This document shows positions 61,935 through 64,000 of a DNA stretch of 64,000 bases, one piece after another. Position 1 is the stretch's first letter. Each line of letters opens with the position of its first letter. Source of the stretch: an uncultured euryarchaeote (GTDB taxonomy: Archaea; Thermoplasmatota; Poseidoniia; Poseidoniales; Poseidoniaceae); the NCBI GenBank assembly GCA_937892945.1, contig CALBIL010000039.1:5272-69271 (forward strand). Reading direction: 5' to 3'. The position numbers and the translations under genes were made by a program. The notes beneath the pieces were generated by a model that did not search any database, had not been told where the DNA came from, and saw only the letters and a list, made by a program, of their open reading frames with translations.

Positions 61935-62993
61935 CTACGCCGACTCCTCGTTAAAGAGGGTGAGTATCGCGTTTCCCATGATGCGTGGCTTTGAGTCCAA
62001 TTGGGCAATCAATGTGGCCTCTGGATTTTCTCTGCGAATAAAGAGCGGAGCTTCCCAAACCACTTCCATTTCATTTCCGCTCACTGCGCCGACTCGGCCG
62101 ACGACAAATTGTAAATCGACACTTGCGTGTACGACATCACCTTCGGCCAGAATTCGCTTTTGGAAAGGTGAACGACTCAATTTCATCATTGACCGTTCAT
62201 GTGCGACGACTGCGAGAGGGATACTTGTGTTTGTTTTCTTATCTTCAACAGCAGGTCGAACCAAAAGAGTTCCACTGCCTAAGTGGTCTTCCTTGGCATT
62301 GCGTAAAGCAAGTCCAACTCGGTCACCAGCCACAGCTGCAGCCACATCATCATCCATCACTTGCAACGACTTGGCGTTTCCAGTTCCGTTTGCAGGCAGT
62401 AATACGAGTTCATCATGCACATTCACAGTGCCAGATTGAACATAGCCAATGGCGACCAAGCCAATACCCTTGACGTTGAAATGCTGGTCGATTGGAATCA
62501 CCAATGGTGCCGCTGCATTCAACGACAATATTTCCGACATGTCATCCATGTGTTGGTACAAAGTATTGCGTAATTGAATACCATCCATTGAACCGAATGT
62601 CCATTTTGCTAAACCTGCTTGCTTGAACAACATCTTGACTTGATCTTCATCGACCCATTCACCTTGTGGTGCATTGATGACTGCTATTCCATCAGTGATA
62701 TTGGCGCTGGCAAAAGCAACCAATGATTCTCCGAGGGTCGCATCAATCCCCGTTATCTCGAGAAGACCGACACGAGCGGCTGAAAGTGCATTCAAAAAGG
62801 GCCGGAGGCGTTCAGGATATTTCGCTGGCCGGATAATTGAAAGAATACGCGGGCCATCTTGACCGGGTTCTTTGTGAACATATGTGTGGACATCTCTTTG
62901 GTCTGTCGCTTTCGCAATCTCACGGGCTAATTCATCGGTCCCGATCATAGCGATATTGAGGACAGGCATACCTCGTCCACCAATATGGGTCAC
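61935..62993 (-). CDS. EF-Tu/SelB-like protein with degenerate GTPase domain
   Basis: Domain-II beta-barrel pattern (FNVKGIGLVAIGYVQSGTVNVHDELVLLP...GDRVGLALRN). The P-loop position reads NIAMIGTDELAREI instead of GHVDHGKT, and no NKxD is seen. The start may be ATG 62969. Confidence 0.55.
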   Translation of the reverse strand: MTHIGGRGMPVLNIAMIGTDELAREIAKATDQRDVHTYVHKEPGQDGPRILSIIRPAKYPERLRPFLNALSAARVGLLEITGIDATLGESLVAFASANITDGIAVINAPQGEWVDEDQVKMLFKQAGLAKWTFGSMDGIQLRNTLYQHMDDMSEILSLNAAAPLVIPIDQHFNVKGIGLVAIGYVQSGTVNVHDELVLLPANGTGNAKSLQVMDDDVAAAVAGDRVGLALRNAKEDHLGSGTLLVRPAVEDKKTNTSIPLAVVAHERSMMKLSRSPFQKRILAEGDVVHASVDLQFVVGRVGAVSGNEMEVVWEAPLFIRRENPEATLIAQLDSKPRIMGNAILTLFNEESA

Positions 62994-63011
62994 ATGAAGG
63001 TAGGGGTAAAT

Positions 63012-63473
63012 TCACTTCTTCCGTTTTGCTAACATTTGTTCACGGATATTTTTTGCATGATCCCAATCCTCTTGTTCGGATTCATCTTCAACGACAAATT
63101 GAGGGATTGGAATGGGGCGCATCATTGAATCAATAGCGACGAAAAAGAAGAACCCTTCACAAATTTTCTTCTTTTCCCAATTGGCTTTATTGACGGCTAC
63201 AGCAGTAACTTTGGTACAGGCAGTATGGCTGCTGGTAAATACGACTTGTCCAGTCACTTCAAGTAAATCTCCTTGACGTGCTGGAGCAATGAATGTCAAC
63301 GCATCAATCGAAATAGTTACGAATTCCCTGTGAGCAAATTTCGCACATGCTATTCCGCCGGCTTTGTCCATGAGGGACAGTAACCTTCCACCGAACAAGG
63401 TGTCGTATGCATTCGTATCACCTGGGAAAACATGCTCAATGAGCATAGCGGCCTCTTTCGAGTAAGGTTCCAT
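63012..63473 (-). CDS. Acyl-CoA thioesterase (hotdog fold, YciA/BFIT-like)
   Basis: VFPGDTNAYDTLFGGRLLSLMDKAGGIA and the ARQGDLLEV pattern. Confidence 0.8.
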   Translation of the reverse strand: MEPYSKEAAMLIEHVFPGDTNAYDTLFGGRLLSLMDKAGGIACAKFAHREFVTISIDALTFIAPARQGDLLEVTGQVVFTSSHTACTKVTAVAVNKANWEKKKICEGFFFFVAIDSMMRPIPIPQFVVEDESEQEDWDHAKNIREQMLAKRKK

Positions 63474-63518
63474 GGTTGGGCGATAAGGTTCTCCCTCAAG
63501 AACTCATGCGGAGTTCAT

Positions 63519-63545
63519 AAGGTCAAGAGGTGGTTTCTTGACCTT
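63519..63545. promoter_or_regulatory. 10-bp perfect stem-loop upstream of the thiI-like gene
   Basis: AAGGTCAAGA-GGTGGTT-TCTTGACCTT lies 18 nt upstream of ATG 63564. Confidence 0.4.
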
Positions 63546-63563
63546 GAGGCTGTGGCACCTGTT

Positions 63564-64000
63564 ATGGAGGATAAGATCTGTATTGCTTTAGTGTCAGGTG
63601 GCATCGATTCTCCTATCGCAGTAGCTCGAATGCTCAAACAAGGCTGGATCATTCATCCAGTTCATTGTACTCAAGAGCCAGTTACCGGCCCCGATGCAGA
63701 GCACAAAACGATTGCAGTACTACGTTTTTTGCTCGAATTAGAAGGTCCATTAGGGGATGCAGCACGTCGTCAAATCTCAAGAAAACTAACAGTCGTTCCT
63801 GTCGCAGAACAATTGGCCCTTTTTACTGAAAAATGGTGCCATACTGAATACTTTATTCACATGAAGCGTCTCTTCGGTTGTTTAGCAGAACAGGCAGGAA
63901 AAAATGTTGGTGCAACCCATATTTTGACAGGGGAGAATCTCGGGCAGGTTTCATCTCAAACTTTAGGAAACCTCGGGGCAATTGAAATGGTGACTTCTTT
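63564..64000 (+). CDS. ThiI-like PP-loop ATPase (tRNA 4-thiouridine/thiamine sulfur transfer family); 3' end cut by window end
   Basis: Absent from the ORF track. My translation from ATG 63564 gives MEDKICIALVSGGIDSPIAVARML...THILTGENLGQVSSQTLGNLG. This contains the SGGIDSP PP-loop and the TGE-LGQV-SQTL strings of ThiI. The ORF begins directly at the PP-loop domain, with no THUMP region upstream. Confidence 0.75.
   Translation, partial: MEDKICIALVSGGIDSPIAVARMLKQGWIIHPVHCTQEPVTGPDAEHKTIAVLRFLLELEGPLGDAARRQISRKLTVVPVAEQLALFTEKWCHTEYFIHMKRLFGCLAEQAGKNVGATHILTGENLGQVSSQTLGNLGAIEMVTS

Noticed and set aside
1-64000. Whole-window check for a mobile element or genomic island (integrase, transposase, tRNA attachment site, direct repeats, toxin-antitoxin pairs, restriction-modification, cas genes)
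   Set aside because: I recognised none. The gene content is core metabolism, information processing and cell envelope. The two biotin carboxylase genes are divergent paralogues, not repeats.

Overview
This is a gene-dense window (about 93% coding, about 49 CDS). I found no rRNA, tRNA, CRISPR array, transposase, integrase or reverse transcriptase. I infer, without a database search, that it is core chromosome of an aerobic heterotrophic marine euryarchaeote (Marine Group II / Poseidoniales-like). Archaeal markers are chromatin protein MC1, Hjc resolvase, a Sec11-type signal peptidase, a DacZ-type diadenylate cyclase and geranylgeranyl reductase. Beside them sit respiration, catabolism and repair genes: sdhCAB, CcmF, a cupredoxin, UbiA/UbiD, a leucine-catabolism-like methylcrotonyl-CoA carboxylase cluster, UvrB and Lhr. 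Two genes run off the window edges and are therefore missing from the ORF track: uvrB (1-1772, minus) and a thiI-like gene (63564-64000, plus). The most unusual content is as follows. (1) Two giant type-I anchored surface proteins (about 1701 and 1749 aa) have peculiar cytoplasmic tails. (2) A presenilin-type intramembrane protease carries a fused extracytoplasmic domain of about 385 aa. (3) An enlarged signal peptidase is translationally coupled to a small membrane protein next to giant gene 1. (4) An FKBP/SlyD-type chaperone is fused to a His/Asp repeat and a SAP-like motif. (5) A biotin carboxylase alpha subunit is split. (6) An EF-Tu-like protein has a degenerate G domain. (7) There are two G10 homopolymers. 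(8) Many convergent genes have stop codons that abut or overlap. I did not find a convincing self-contained novel multi-gene system such as a defence island. The strongest candidate is a hypothesis only: surface-protein processing or regulated intramembrane proteolysis linking the giant proteins and the proteases. All family calls rest on motif recognition by eye and need HMM or structure confirmation.
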